Positions 45,815-56,058 of a stretch of DNA of 64,000 nucleotides are shown piece by piece (within the stretch, counting starts at the first letter, position 1; each line of letters opens with the position of its first letter). The stretch is from Eubacterium sp. GTDB taxonomy: Bacteria; Bacillota; Clostridia; Peptostreptococcales; Anaerovoracaceae. Position numbers and translations under genes: made by a program. The notes below the pieces were generated by a model. It ran no database searches. It worked only from the letters and a program-made list of their open reading frames with translations, and had not been told where the DNA came from. The stretch covers positions 23,025 to 87,024 of the forward strand of contig JAFWJS010000037.1 of assembly GCA_017511535.1 (NCBI GenBank), in the 5' to 3' direction.

Positions 45815-48551
45815 GCTTACAGTATCAGCATTCGGCCCATATGCCGGAAAAGAAGTCCTGGATATGGAACAGCTCGGCGAACGCGGGCTTTATCTTATAA
45901 CAGGAGACACAGGCGCAGGGAAGTCCACACTGTTCGACGCGGTCATGTTCGCATTATACGGCGTTACAAGCGCGAGAAAGCGTACGGCAGGCGAGATGCG
46001 GTCCACATACGCTGAAGCCGGGACTGAGACGTACGTAGAGCTGGTTTTTGATTACGGCGGGAAAAGATATACAGTCAGGAGAAGTCCGGAGTATATGAGA
46101 GAGAAGCTCCGCGGAGAAGGATTCGTGAAAAATGCTTCAGAGGCTGACCTTACGGACAGCAGCGGCATGCATCTTACGAAGCTCACAGAAGTAAACAGCA
46201 GGCTGACAGAGATAATTGGACTTACTGCTGAACAGTTCTCCGGGATCGCCATGATCGCGCAGGGTGAGTTCCAGAAGGTGCTGCAGGCTGATACAAAAGA
46301 AAGACAGGCCATATTCAGGAAGCTGTTCAATACTGAGAATTACGAGACGTTCTCATTCAGGCTGAAGAAGGCTGCGTCAGACATGAAGCGTGAGTGCGAC
46401 AGCATAAAAACAGAGATGGAGACTTACCTGAAGTCATGTGATACTGATGAAGGCGGCACGCTCTATGAGAGACTTGAAGCAGCGAAGAACGGCGGAGCGT
46501 CAGAGGTGATGATCCGGGAGCTCTTTGATGATCTGGAGAAATATGACTCAGAGGCGGCTTCTCATGCAGACAGAGCGGCGGATTCCGCAAAGGAAAGATA
46601 TGACGAGCTGAACAAGGCCTGGGGTGAAGCGGACAGTCTGAGAAAAACTGCGGACAAGCTGGATGGATACAGGACAGACCTGAATACGCTTGGATCAGAT
46701 AAGGAGAAGGCAGACAAGGCTCTTGCTGAAGAAAGATCACATGATAAAGACAGAGAAGATCTTCAGAACAGGATCACTCTCCTTACAAATGACCTTGATT
46801 CATATGATGACCTGGATAGAAAGAGGAAGGCGCTGAAAGAGCTTTCTGATTCATATGACATCGCGGAAGGAAAGATGAAGAAAGCAGAAGATGCTCTGGA
46901 GGACATCAGATCAGATCACGAGAAAGCAGCAGCCAGACTGAAAGAACTGGAAGATATAGAAGACAGAGTGATCAGCCTTACGGAAGCCAAAGCGAAGGCG
47001 AAAGAAAGATATGAGACCGCGAAAGGGTATTTTGATTCACTGAGAAAAGAAGCGGGGCTCAGAGATAAGGCCGAGGCCGCAGCCAGAGGATATAAAGAGG
47101 CCAGGGAAGCAGAGAAGAAAGCCGGAGATGAATATACCCGTATGAACAGGGAAATGCTCGATGACAGGGCCGGTTATCTTGCCGAAGAGGTCCTGAAAGA
47201 AGGGGAGAAGTGCCCTGTGTGCGGATCAACGGTGCATCCTGAGGTGGCGAAGAGAAAGGAAAACGCTCCGACCGGGGAAGAAGTAGAAGCAGCAAAGGAC
47301 GAATGGGACAGGCTGCAGAAACAGCTTGAAGAGAAAAGCGGGACTTCCAGAGAGGCAGCGGCAGTATACAGCTCCGCGCAGGAAAAAACAAAAGAATATA
47401 TCGCCAGGATGCCCGAGCTCGCTGATGCTTCCGAAGGGGCAGAAGAAGAATACAAGGAACAGTTTGATGAGACAGAAGCGGATCTCAACAGCGCGGAATC
47501 GGACAGAAAGACAAGAGACGATCTGAAGAAAGAAGCAGAGAGACTCAGCACAGATAAGGAGAAAGCTGAAAAGGAATACAGCGGCGCCAGAGAGAATGTG
47601 AAGGTCCTAGAGGCTAAGCTGAGATCGGCAGAGACCGCCTTTAATGATGAGAAGGAAAAACTGGAGTTCGGAAGCAGGTCAGAGGCTGAGGCTGAGATAT
47701 CTGAGCTCAGGGAGAAACTGAAGAGTTCTCAGAAGGCGCTTGAAGAAGCAGTGAAGAAGTCAGATGATATCAAAGGCGCGCTGAGCGAGCTTTCCGGTAA
47801 GATACGTGAAGCCGAAGAACAGACTAAGGGTTTTGACCGCGGGAAATATGACGCGCTCGAGGCAGACCTTGCCGCCGCCGCGGAGGCGCTTGAAGAGTCT
47901 CAGGACGCAAAGAACAGTGCGGAATCACGTATGAAGTCGAACATGCGGGAGATTGAGGCCTACAGAGAGTGTGAGGAGAAGTGGAACGACAAGGCCGGCA
48001 GATATGAGCAGATAAAAGACCTTGCGGATACCGCGTCCGGCGAGCTCAGCGGAAAGTCAAAGCTGATGCTGGAAACGTTCGTACAGACGACATATCTTGA
48101 TAAGATACTGAGGCATGCGAACAGAAGGCTTCGCAGGATGTCAGAGATGAGATATGAGCTCGTCAGGAAGAAGAGCGGATTCGGAAAAGCAAAACAGAGC
48201 GGTCTTGACCTGAACGTCATCGACCATCACAATGGAACAGAGAGAAGCGTGAATACACTGTCAGGAGGAGAATCGTTCATGGCGAGCCTTTCTCTTGCGC
48301 TCGGGCTGTCCGAAGAGATCAGAGAAGCATCAGGAGGTATCAGGCTCGATACGATGTTTGTCGACGAAGGGTTCGGGACACTTTCGGAAGACGCTCTTTC
48401 TGCCGCGGTCAAAGCGCTGATGGAGCTTTCTGAGGAGGACCGGCTGGTCGGAATAATCTCTCATGTCGATGAGCTCAAGCAGAGGATAGACAAGAAGATC
48501 GTGATCACACAGAGCAAGAAAGGCGGGAGCCACGCAAAAGTCATGCCATAG
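45801..48551 (+). CDS. sbcC: Exonuclease SbcCD subunit C (SMC-like)
   Basis: GDTGAGKS, 'QGEF', coiled coils, zinc hook CPVCG, 'LSGGE', 'DEGFG', 'ISH'. Confidence 0.95.
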   Translation: MRPIKLTVSAFGPYAGKEVLDMEQLGERGLYLITGDTGAGKSTLFDAVMFALYGVTSARKRTAGEMRSTYAEAGTETYVELVFDYGGKRYTVRRSPEYMREKLRGEGFVKNASEADLTDSSGMHLTKLTEVNSRLTEIIGLTAEQFSGIAMIAQGEFQKVLQADTKERQAIFRKLFNTENYETFSFRLKKAASDMKRECDSIKTEMETYLKSCDTDEGGTLYERLEAAKNGGASEVMIRELFDDLEKYDSEAASHADRAADSAKERYDELNKAWGEADSLRKTADKLDGYRTDLNTLGSDKEKADKALAEERSHDKDREDLQNRITLLTNDLDSYDDLDRKRKALKELSDSYDIAEGKMKKAEDALEDIRSDHEKAAARLKELEDIEDRVISLTEAKAKAKERYETAKGYFDSLRKEAGLRDKAEAAARGYKEAREAEKKAGDEYTRMNREMLDDRAGYLAEEVLKEGEKCPVCGSTVHPEVAKRKENAPTGEEVEAAKDEWDRLQKQLEEKSGTSREAAAVYSSAQEKTKEYIARMPELADASEGAEEEYKEQFDETEADLNSAESDRKTRDDLKKEAERLSTDKEKAEKEYSGARENVKVLEAKLRSAETAFNDEKEKLEFGSRSEAEAEISELREKLKSSQKALEEAVKKSDDIKGALSELSGKIREAEEQTKGFDRGKYDALEADLAAAAEALEESQDAKNSAESRMKSNMREIEAYRECEEKWNDKAGRYEQIKDLADTASGELSGKSKLMLETFVQTTYLDKILRHANRRLRRMSEMRYELVRKKSGFGKAKQSGLDLNVIDHHNGTERSVNTLSGGESFMASLSLALGLSEEIREASGGIRLDTMFVDEGFGTLSEDALSAAVKALMELSEEDRLVGIISHVDELKQRIDKKIVITQSKKGGSHAKVMP

Positions 48552-48689
48552 TTTCAGCCTATAACCAAGTATAAATAATTTATCATACAGAAGAACTGTA
48601 AAGCACGCGTTACGATTTTGAATAATGCGTGTTTTATGTTACAATACTATTGTTTATTCGTTGTATTTAAACAGAAGGGGACATATCAA

Positions 48690-50966
48690 ATGCCGATCAA
48701 AGTACCAAATAATCTTCCTGCGGTAGAGACTCTGACAAGAGAGAATGTATTCGTAATGACAGATACCAGAGCCATGACGCAGGATATCAGACCGCTGCAG
48801 ATACTCATTCTCAATCTGATGCCTACCAAAATAGACACTGAAACGCAGCTCACGAGACTGCTGGGCAATACGCCTCTTCAGGTGGAACTGGATCTGCTGC
48901 AGACGAGTACGCATAAGTCACATGTGACCGCTGAAGAGCATATGCTGGCGTTCTACAAGACGTTCGACGAAGTCAAGGGCAATTACTATGACGGCATGAT
49001 CATTACAGGAGCTCCTATAGAACATCTTGAGTTCGAGGAAGTGGAATACTGGGACGAGCTCTGCGAGATCATGGAGTGGACCAAGACTCACGTCCATTCG
49101 ACGTTCCACATCTGCTGGGGTGCGCAGGCCGGGCTGTACTATCATTACGGCATAAAAAAGCATGCGCTTCCGGAGAAACTGTCAGGTGTATTCCTGCATC
49201 ATCTCGACTACAACAGAGGGATGCTGTTCAGGGGATTTGACGATGAGTTCTACGTGCCGCACTCCAGGAACACCACTGTGCTGAGAGAAGATATCGAAGC
49301 AGTGCCTGACCTGAAGATAATCGCGAGCTCTGATAAAGCGGGCGTCTTCGCGGTAAAGTCAGAGAAGTACCGTCAGATATTCATAACAGGACACTCTGAG
49401 TATGATGCGGACACACTGCAGAAAGAATACGAGCGCGATAAGAAGGCCGGTATACATCCGCATGTCCCTGACAACTATTTTCCTGACGACGACGACACCA
49501 GGCCTCCGGTCGTAAGATGGCGCTCATGCGCGAACCTGCTGTATTCCAACTGGCTGAACTATTTCGTATATCAGTCGACGCCGTACGATATCAGCAGGAT
49601 CAGCGAGGAAGACCTGGAGCCGGCTGAAGAGATAAACGCCAAGTTCAAAGTGGCTAAATTCGGAGGGACTTCTCTTGCGGACGCAGAATGCATCAGGCGG
49701 GCAGCTGAGATAATCCGGAACGATGCAGCGCTTAATTATGTTGTCGTTTCAGCACCGGGCAAGCTGAATACGAGAGAAAAGAAGATAACCGACGTCCTGG
49801 TGGACGCTCATGAAAGATATGAAGTAAGCAAAGACACAAGGGCTCTTGAGCGGGCGCTGAAGAAAGTAAAAGACAGATTCGCCGGGATCGCGGAAGGTCT
49901 TGGTGTGGATATCGATCTTGACGCGGAATTCAAGACGATCAAAGGAAGATATATAGGGACCCGTAACAGAGATTACCTGATCTCCCGTGGAGAATATCTT
50001 AACGCGAAGATACTATCGGCATATCTGGGGTACGACTTCATTGACGCGTCTGATGTCATCTGTTTTGATGAGGAAGCAGAATTCGACAAGAAGGCTACAG
50101 AAGAAAAACTCAGTGCGGAGCTCAAGAAGCATGAACACGCCGTGATCCCGGGATTCTATGGGATGAACCCATACGGGATGGAAGTCACTTTCCCGCGCGG
50201 AGGTTCAGATATAAGCGGCGCTGTCGTAGCTGCGGCGTGCGGAGCGGACGTGTATGAGAACTGGACCGACGTACCGGGATTCATGATGGCGGATCCGAAG
50301 GTCGTGAAAGATCCGCTCGTAGTGCCGGTTATCTCATATGAGGAGATAAGAGAACTTTCGCTTATGGGCGCAGAGGTCGTGCACGAAGATGCGATAACGC
50401 CTGTGCGCGAAGTAGGAGTACCTGTCAACATCCGTTCCACAGCTGCGCCGGATGAGAAGGGCACCATGATAGTGAAGAACGCCGACTATTACAGCGGCAT
50501 ACTGGACATAAGCGGTATGGCGGGGAAGACCGGGTACGCGAGTATCGTGGTCGAGAAACCGAGGCTGAATGAGAATCTGGATCTCAGAGCCGCAGTCATG
50601 AACGTGCTTGCTGACAACGGCGTCAACGCGGTACATACTCTTGCGGGCATCGACTCGATGAACATCTTCGTCCGCCAGAGTGAGCTTGAAGGGCACGCGC
50701 GCGCGATAGCTGACGAGATCAAAAAAGAGACCGGCGCAACGTCAGTCAAAATAGAGAAGGGCCTTGCGCTGATAGCCGTTATCGGCCGTAAGATGAAGAG
50801 TACGCCGGGTATAGGTGTCCGTGTGCTCGAAGCGCTTGCGAACGCCGGAATAAATGTAAAGATGATCGACCAGGGCGCTGAGAGGATAAGCATGCTGATC
50901 GGTATCGACGAGAGTGGATATGTGGCGGCTATCCGTGCGATCTATTCGGAATTCACAACAAAATAA
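48690..50966 (+). CDS. Homoserine O-acyltransferase (MetA) fused to aspartate kinase
   Basis: MetA motifs 'QDIRPL', 'LNLMP', 'TGAPIE', 'ICWGAQ', 'GHSEYD', 'YQSTPY', then in frame AK motifs 'KVAKFGGTS', 'VVVSAPG', 'RGGSD', 'WTDV.G...DP' and two ACT domains; start at ATG 48690 after AAGGGG. Confidence 0.93.
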   Translation: MPIKVPNNLPAVETLTRENVFVMTDTRAMTQDIRPLQILILNLMPTKIDTETQLTRLLGNTPLQVELDLLQTSTHKSHVTAEEHMLAFYKTFDEVKGNYYDGMIITGAPIEHLEFEEVEYWDELCEIMEWTKTHVHSTFHICWGAQAGLYYHYGIKKHALPEKLSGVFLHHLDYNRGMLFRGFDDEFYVPHSRNTTVLREDIEAVPDLKIIASSDKAGVFAVKSEKYRQIFITGHSEYDADTLQKEYERDKKAGIHPHVPDNYFPDDDDTRPPVVRWRSCANLLYSNWLNYFVYQSTPYDISRISEEDLEPAEEINAKFKVAKFGGTSLADAECIRRAAEIIRNDAALNYVVVSAPGKLNTREKKITDVLVDAHERYEVSKDTRALERALKKVKDRFAGIAEGLGVDIDLDAEFKTIKGRYIGTRNRDYLISRGEYLNAKILSAYLGYDFIDASDVICFDEEAEFDKKATEEKLSAELKKHEHAVIPGFYGMNPYGMEVTFPRGGSDISGAVVAAACGADVYENWTDVPGFMMADPKVVKDPLVVPVISYEEIRELSLMGAEVVHEDAITPVREVGVPVNIRSTAAPDEKGTMIVKNADYYSGILDISGMAGKTGYASIVVEKPRLNENLDLRAAVMNVLADNGVNAVHTLAGIDSMNIFVRQSELEGHARAIADEIKKETGATSVKIEKGLALIAVIGRKMKSTPGIGVRVLEALANAGINVKMIDQGAERISMLIGIDESGYVAAIRAIYSEFTTK

Positions 50967-51016
50967 CAGGGTGTAAAAGGCGTAGACCCACGTAATCACC
51001 CGCTGGATAAAAACAA

Positions 51017-51059
51017 AGACCCAAGTCTTGAAATCAAGGCATGGGTCTTTTCTTTTTAT
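51017..51059. terminator. Intrinsic terminator between convergent genes
   Basis: AAAGACCCA...TGGGTCTTT followed by a T-rich tract. Confidence 0.8.
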
Positions 51060-51087
51060 TATCAATAGTGGTTGCTGACGCAGTGGA

Positions 51088-51259
51088 CGATCTGGTTGCC
51101 TACAGACCCTTTGAAAAGCGGATCCCGTTACCTACAGGCCATTTCCGTGCTGCCAGGCAACCGGAACGCCTTGTCAGAACTCGATTTGGTTGCCTACAGA
51201 CCCTTCGAAGAGCGGATCCCGTTGCCTACAGGCCTTTTCCGTGCTGTTAGGCAACCGGA
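51088..51259. repeat. Two direct copies of a 78-bp intergenic element with inverted ends (REP-like)
   Basis: 51088-51165 and 51182-51259, 71/78 identical; each contains GGTTGCCT...AGGCAACC and a second GTTRCCTACAG 32 nt after the first. Confidence 0.85.
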
Positions 51260-51266
51260 CGAGCGG

Positions 51267-52649
51267 CTAGATCTCGTTTCCAGGGAACTGAGGAACTGTG
51301 GCAAGCCCTTTGGCGATGTCCTCGTCTGTAGGGATCTCGTCCGTCATGATCCCGTCATTGAACTTCTGGTATGCAGTCAGGTCGAAGTAGCCTGTACCTG
51401 TAAGACCGAACACGATGTTCTTGGCTTCGCCTGTCTCTTTGCACTTGAGAGCCTCGTCTATCGCGGCTCTGATAGCGTGGCTGGATTCTGGTGCAGGAAG
51501 GATGCCTTCACATCTTGCGAATTCCTCTGCAGCCTGGAATACTTCATTCTGCTCTGCTGTTCTTACCCTGATCATTCCTTCATCATAGAGCTCTGACAGG
51601 ATGCTGCTCATGCCGTGATATCTGAGGCCGCCCGCGTGGTTAGGCGACGGGATGAAGCCGTTACCAAGTGTATACATCTTGGCGAGCGGTGTGACTTCAC
51701 CTGTATCGCAGAAGTCGTATACATATTTACCTCTTGTAAAGCTCGGGCATGATGCAGGTTCTACTCCGAGGAAGTCATAGTCAGCCTCGCCGCGGAGCTT
51801 CTCGCCCATGAACGGAGCGATGAGTCCGCCGAAGTTGGATCCGCCGCCGCAGCAGCCGATGATAAGATCCGGTTTGATACCATATTTATCAAGAGCTGTC
51901 TTGACTTCCTGGCCTATGATGCTCTGGTGAAGCAGTACCTGATTCAGCACGCTTCCGAGAACATATCTGTATCCCTCTGTCTTGGTCGCGACCTCGACAG
52001 CTTCAGAGATGGCGCAGCCAAGGCTTCCGTTGGTACCCGGGAATTCTTCCAGGATCTTCTTTCCGATCTCTGTAGTGTCCGATGGAGACGGCGTTACTGA
52101 CGCCCCGTATGTTCTCATGACTTCACGTCTGTATGCTTTCTGTTCATATGATACCTTTACCATGAATACCTTCAGGTCAAGCCCGAAGTATGCGCATGCC
52201 ATGGAAAGGGCTGTGCCCCACTGGCCGGCTCCGGTCTCAGTCGTGACTCCTTTAAGTCCCTGCTGTCTGGCGTAGTAGGCCTGAGCGATAGCGGAATTCA
52301 GCTTATGGCTCCCGCTTGTATTATTACCTTCGAATTTGTAGTAGATGTGCGCCGGTGTGCCAAGCTTGTCTTCAAGGCAGTAAGCTCTTACGAGAGGCGA
52401 CGGTCTGTACATCTTGTAGAAGTCTCTGATCGCTTTAGGGATATGGATCAGCCTGTCTGTGTTGTTCAGCTCCTGCTGGACGAGTTCTTTACAGAAAATA
52501 GGCTCCATTTCCTCTGCTGTCAGAGGCTGCAGTGTCCCCGGGTTCAGGAGCGGCGCCGGCTTGATCGGCATATCAGCTCTGACGTTGTAATAATTCTCAG
52601 GGATCTCTTCCTCACTCAGGTAGATCTTGTAAGGGATTGTGTTTGACAT
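51267..52649 (-). CDS. Stand-alone tryptophan synthase beta chain, TrpB2 type
   Basis: 'SGSHKLN', 'TETGAGQWG', 'LGSVLN', 'GGGSNF', 'HAGGLRYHG', 'PAPESSHA'; start MSNTIP after SD AGGAG. Confidence 0.93.
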   Translation of the reverse strand: MSNTIPYKIYLSEEEIPENYYNVRADMPIKPAPLLNPGTLQPLTAEEMEPIFCKELVQQELNNTDRLIHIPKAIRDFYKMYRPSPLVRAYCLEDKLGTPAHIYYKFEGNNTSGSHKLNSAIAQAYYARQQGLKGVTTETGAGQWGTALSMACAYFGLDLKVFMVKVSYEQKAYRREVMRTYGASVTPSPSDTTEIGKKILEEFPGTNGSLGCAISEAVEVATKTEGYRYVLGSVLNQVLLHQSIIGQEVKTALDKYGIKPDLIIGCCGGGSNFGGLIAPFMGEKLRGEADYDFLGVEPASCPSFTRGKYVYDFCDTGEVTPLAKMYTLGNGFIPSPNHAGGLRYHGMSSILSELYDEGMIRVRTAEQNEVFQAAEEFARCEGILPAPESSHAIRAAIDEALKCKETGEAKNIVFGLTGTGYFDLTAYQKFNDGIMTDEIPTDEDIAKGLATVPQFPGNEI

Positions 52650-52685
52650 TGTTTTTTCTCCTTTCGGTTCCATCATCGGGAGCAA

Positions 52686-52912
52686 CAAAAAAGCTCCCGT
52701 CCATTGATGCTGGGACAGGAGCGTTATTAACAGCTCTTGCGGTGCCACCCGGCTTGACATCATGAAGATGCCCGCTTATGCGTATACCACTGGATACGCC
52801 AGGAGTGCCTCAGAAGGCCAATTCAGTCTTATTCTTCCATACCGCGATCTCACCGCCTGCGGCTCTCTGTAGTGTAGTTTAAAAGACCTACTTCCACTTC
52901 GTCATCGGCTTT
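52686..52912 (-). ncRNA. T-box riboswitch, probable Trp (UGG) specifier
   Basis: Minus strand: AGUA, AGAGAG and GGUGAGA stem I motifs; specifier loop GAAUUGGCC; T-box AAGCCGGGUGGCACCGC; terminator GCUCCUGUCC...GGACGGGAGC-UUUUUU; promoter TTGACA-18-TAACAT upstream. Confidence 0.9.
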
Positions 52913-53014
52913 GTGGTTATTTTGATGTTACCATGCATGCATTGCAAGTGTCAAGAGTATAGTTATAAATTTTTTTAATAAGTTATACACTGAGCTGTTA
53001 CCGCGTGTTGTGTG

Positions 53015-54277
53015 CTATCTTATCTGCCCATCTCCTGTAAGCATGAATTTATATGTCACCAGCTGATCGACGCCCATAGGCCCTCTCGCGTGGAGCTTCT
53101 GTGTGGAGATGCCGATCTCGGCTCCGAGGCCCATCTCTCCGCCGTCGGTGAATCTTGTGGAAGCGTTCCAGTAGACTGCTGAAGAATCGACTTCCGCCAT
53201 GAATCTCTGTGCTGTCTCTTCGTTCTCTGTGACTATTGCCTCGCTGTGGTGCGTGGACCATTTATCTATATGGTCGATAGCTTCATCTACAGATGATACG
53301 ACTCTGACAGCCATGATAAGGTCGTCGTACTCAGTGCCCCAGTCAGTCTCTGAAGCCTCTTTGATCATGTCAGGATCAGAGACTTTTCCGGCCAGGATAT
53401 CGCGAGCATGCTCGTCGCAGCGAAGCTCGACTCCTTTTGCCGTGAGCGCGTCAGCTATGTCAGGAAGCATATTGGCAGCGTCTTCATGTATCAGAAGAGT
53501 CTCTGCCGCATTGCACACGGACGGCCTGGATGTCTTGGCGTTGACAGTGATGTCCAGAGCCATTTTGGGATCTGCGTCCTTGTCGATGTATATATGGCAG
53601 TTTCCTGCTCCTGTCTGTATGACAGGAACCTTTGACTCGTCGAGTACACGGTTTATGAGCCTGGAGCTTCCTCTCGGTATGAGGACATCGATGTAATCGG
53701 ACAGGCACATGAGCTCATGCGCTGATTCGTGCGACAGGTCCTGCACCAGCTGTACGCAGTCCTCCGGAAGGCCTGCTTCAGAAAGTGCGGCTCTCATCAC
53801 ATCTGTAACGGCGTTATTGGATCTGAAAGCCTCGTGTCCTCCTCTGAGTATGACACAGTTGCCGGCGCGTACGCAGAGTCCCGCGCAGTCGCTGGTAACA
53901 TTAGGCCTGGACTCGAATATTATGCCGATCACTCCGAGCGGTATGCTGACTTTCCTGATCCTGAGTCCGTTTGGCCTGGTATAGTCTTCCGTGACCTTTC
54001 CTACGGGATCCGGCCATGCGGCGACGTCTTTCAGAGCGTCAGACATTCCCTTTATCCTGTCAGGAGTAAGGAGGAGCCTGTCCATCATGGCTCTGGCCAT
54101 GCCGTTTATTTCTGCCTCTCTGAGATCTTCTTCATTAGCCGCGATTATCTCGTCCTGATGCGCGAGGATCGCATCTGCCATCATCCCGAGAGCTTTTGTT
54201 TTTGTTTCCGGATCTGATGTCCGGAGGATCTTCGCGGCGTTTTTCGCGCGGAGCCCCATCTCTTCAATAGGAGTCAT
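53015..54277 (-). CDS. proA: Gamma-glutamyl phosphate reductase
   Basis: 'IIFESRPNVT', 'IPRG', 'CNAAE', 'NASTRFTDG', 'ISTQKLHARGPMG'. Confidence 0.97.
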   Translation of the reverse strand: MTPIEEMGLRAKNAAKILRTSDPETKTKALGMMADAILAHQDEIIAANEEDLREAEINGMARAMMDRLLLTPDRIKGMSDALKDVAAWPDPVGKVTEDYTRPNGLRIRKVSIPLGVIGIIFESRPNVTSDCAGLCVRAGNCVILRGGHEAFRSNNAVTDVMRAALSEAGLPEDCVQLVQDLSHESAHELMCLSDYIDVLIPRGSSRLINRVLDESKVPVIQTGAGNCHIYIDKDADPKMALDITVNAKTSRPSVCNAAETLLIHEDAANMLPDIADALTAKGVELRCDEHARDILAGKVSDPDMIKEASETDWGTEYDDLIMAVRVVSSVDEAIDHIDKWSTHHSEAIVTENEETAQRFMAEVDSSAVYWNASTRFTDGGEMGLGAEIGISTQKLHARGPMGVDQLVTYKFMLTGDGQIR

Positions 54278-54290
54278 AATCAAAATCCTT

Positions 54291-55091
54291 TCATCTGAAG
54301 AATGTACCGATCTCTTCGCCGTCGAAGAGACGATACAGATTATTGGGATCATGTCCTGATACTATAGCGCACGGGATACCGGCCGCGCCGGCGATCTTGG
54401 CGGCAGCTATCTTGGTCACCATCCCGCCGGTCCCGAACTGACTGTTCGGCTCTCCTGCCATTTTCTCGATCTCAGGCGTGATCTCGTTGACTTCATGAAC
54501 GAGTATGGCGCCCTCGGCTCCCGGCACTCTGTCGTATAATCCGTCGGTATCTGTAATGAGGATAAGTATATCCGCTCCGATGAGTTTTGCCACATAGGCG
54601 GAAAGAGTATCGTTATCGCCTATGTTGGCTCCCTCCAGCTCATCAGTCGCTACGGTGTCGTTCTCATTCACTATAGGGATGATGCCGAGAGAAAGAAGCT
54701 GCGAGAAAGTATTCATGGCGTTCGTGCGCCTTAAGTCGTCGTCGAATACGTCAGATGTGAGCAGTACCTGTGATACTGTGTGGTTATACTCTCCGAACAG
54801 CTTGTCATATATGAACATGAGCTCACACTGGCCTATAGAGGCGAGGGCCTGTCTTTTGCTGATTTCGTCAGGGCGTGAATCTCCGAGGCCGAGCTTTCCG
54901 AGCCCGACGCCGATAGCGCCGGATGTTACAAGGACGATCTCTTTCCCGGAATTCTCAAGGTCGCAGATCACGCGTGACAGCCCGGAAAGGCGTCTTAAGT
55001 CAAGCCTTCCGTTTTCATGCGTTATGGTGGAAGTGCCGACTTTGATAACGATGCGGCCGGCATTTCTGATTTCATTTCTTGTATTTATCAA
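54291..55091 (-). CDS. proB: Glutamate 5-kinase (no PUA domain)
   Basis: 'IKVGTS', 'VTSGAI', 'NENDTV', 'GDND.L', 'GTGGM.TK'; TTG start. Confidence 0.96.
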   Translation of the reverse strand: MINTRNEIRNAGRIVIKVGTSTITHENGRLDLRRLSGLSRVICDLENSGKEIVLVTSGAIGVGLGKLGLGDSRPDEISKRQALASIGQCELMFIYDKLFGEYNHTVSQVLLTSDVFDDDLRRTNAMNTFSQLLSLGIIPIVNENDTVATDELEGANIGDNDTLSAYVAKLIGADILILITDTDGLYDRVPGAEGAILVHEVNEITPEIEKMAGEPNSQFGTGGMVTKIAAAKIAGAAGIPCAIVSGHDPNNLYRLFDGEEIGTFFR

Positions 55092-55177
55092 TTGTCTTAC
55101 CCGCTTAATAAAACAGGCGGCCGGAGCGCTGTAGGCACAGTACCCGGCCGTCTGATAAAAACAACTGTTTTATCCTT

Positions 55178-55846
55178 TTAGTTGGTTCCGGCCGGAACGA
55201 TGACTGACTGCAGCTGGTTGATAGGCATGGTCTGAAGTATGACCTTTCCAGGTCCCTTGACTACAGTGTTGAAGAGGCCTTCTCCTCCGAGCAGCATGTT
55301 CTTCACGCCGGGCACTGTCTGGATATCTATGGAACATGTGGCGTCCATCGCCGCGAGGTATCCTGTATCTACAATTATCTGCTGACCTGCTTCCAGATCA
55401 TACTCTATAGCGTTTCCGTCGATCTCGATAAAGGCGATACCTTTACCTGTAAGTTTCTGCATGATGAATCCTTCGCCGCCGAACAGGCCTGCTCCGAGTT
55501 TCTTCTGGAAGAATACTGAAAGCTCTACTGTAGGCTCGCTTGCGAGGAATGCACGTTTCTGTACGATCATCGGCTTCTCGCCTACGTCAATAGCTCTGAT
55601 GGAGCCGGGGAATGATGATGCGAATGCGATCTGCCCTGGGCCACCCTGTGCTGTATAATGGTTCATGAATATGGATTCGCCTGAGAACAGCCTTCCGAAT
55701 GCTTTTCCGAGCCCGCCGGCGCTTGTCTCCATCTTCATGTTAGGAGTCATCCAACTCATTCCGCCGCCTTCAGTAACGATTTTTTCTCCTGCTGCGAGGT
55801 CGCAGATGACTGCAGGCAGCGGTTCTCCGATTACTTTATAATCCAT
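55178..55846 (-). CDS. TIGR00266/AIM24 family protein
   Basis: 'E.GGMSWM', 'SGES.F', 'GGEGFIMQ', 'GGEGLFNT...GPG'. Confidence 0.9.
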   Translation of the reverse strand: MDYKVIGEPLPAVICDLAAGEKIVTEGGGMSWMTPNMKMETSAGGLGKAFGRLFSGESIFMNHYTAQGGPGQIAFASSFPGSIRAIDVGEKPMIVQKRAFLASEPTVELSVFFQKKLGAGLFGGEGFIMQKLTGKGIAFIEIDGNAIEYDLEAGQQIIVDTGYLAAMDATCSIDIQTVPGVKNMLLGGEGLFNTVVKGPGKVILQTMPINQLQSVIVPAGTN

Positions 55847-56058
55847 GGTTTCCCTTTCTGTCATTAGACATCAAAAGCAATTATTTTTATTGACTTTATC
55901 GTATATTATTTCATTTATAATGTCAATATTCGGGCTCAAAAGAGAACCTGTAAAAACAGTGTTCAAAAAATGTGCTGATATAAGTCTTCGGAACGGATTC
56001 GTGATATACTTCTTTATGGAGATAAAGCATGGGGATACTGTGCATTCGGAGGACATAT

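Noticed and set aside
1133-48551. Apparent DNA-repair or defence island (SPL-like, dnaE, dinB, addA, recJ, recX, GIY-YIG, sbcDC)
   Set aside because: The genes are scattered among housekeeping operons, with no integrase, boundaries or shared organisation; consistent with core chromosome
48599-48653. Imperfect inverted repeat and ACAAT-act-ATTGT palindrome at the metA promoter as a riboswitch or operator
   Set aside because: Too short for an S-box or T-box; could be a weak sbcC terminator or chance in AT-rich DNA
51088-51259. Possible mini CRISPR array
   Set aside because: The would-be spacers are themselves duplicated, the repeats are short and partly inverted, and there are no cas genes
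51072-51596. Plus-strand 174-aa and 69-aa ORFs over the repeat region
   Set aside because: Their repeated peptides simply translate the DNA repeat, and the longer one runs antisense into trpB2; no SD or family motif
52650-52763. N-terminal extension of the trpB2 ORF in the ORF track
   Set aside because: It overlaps the T-box antiterminator/terminator; the SD supports a start at 52649
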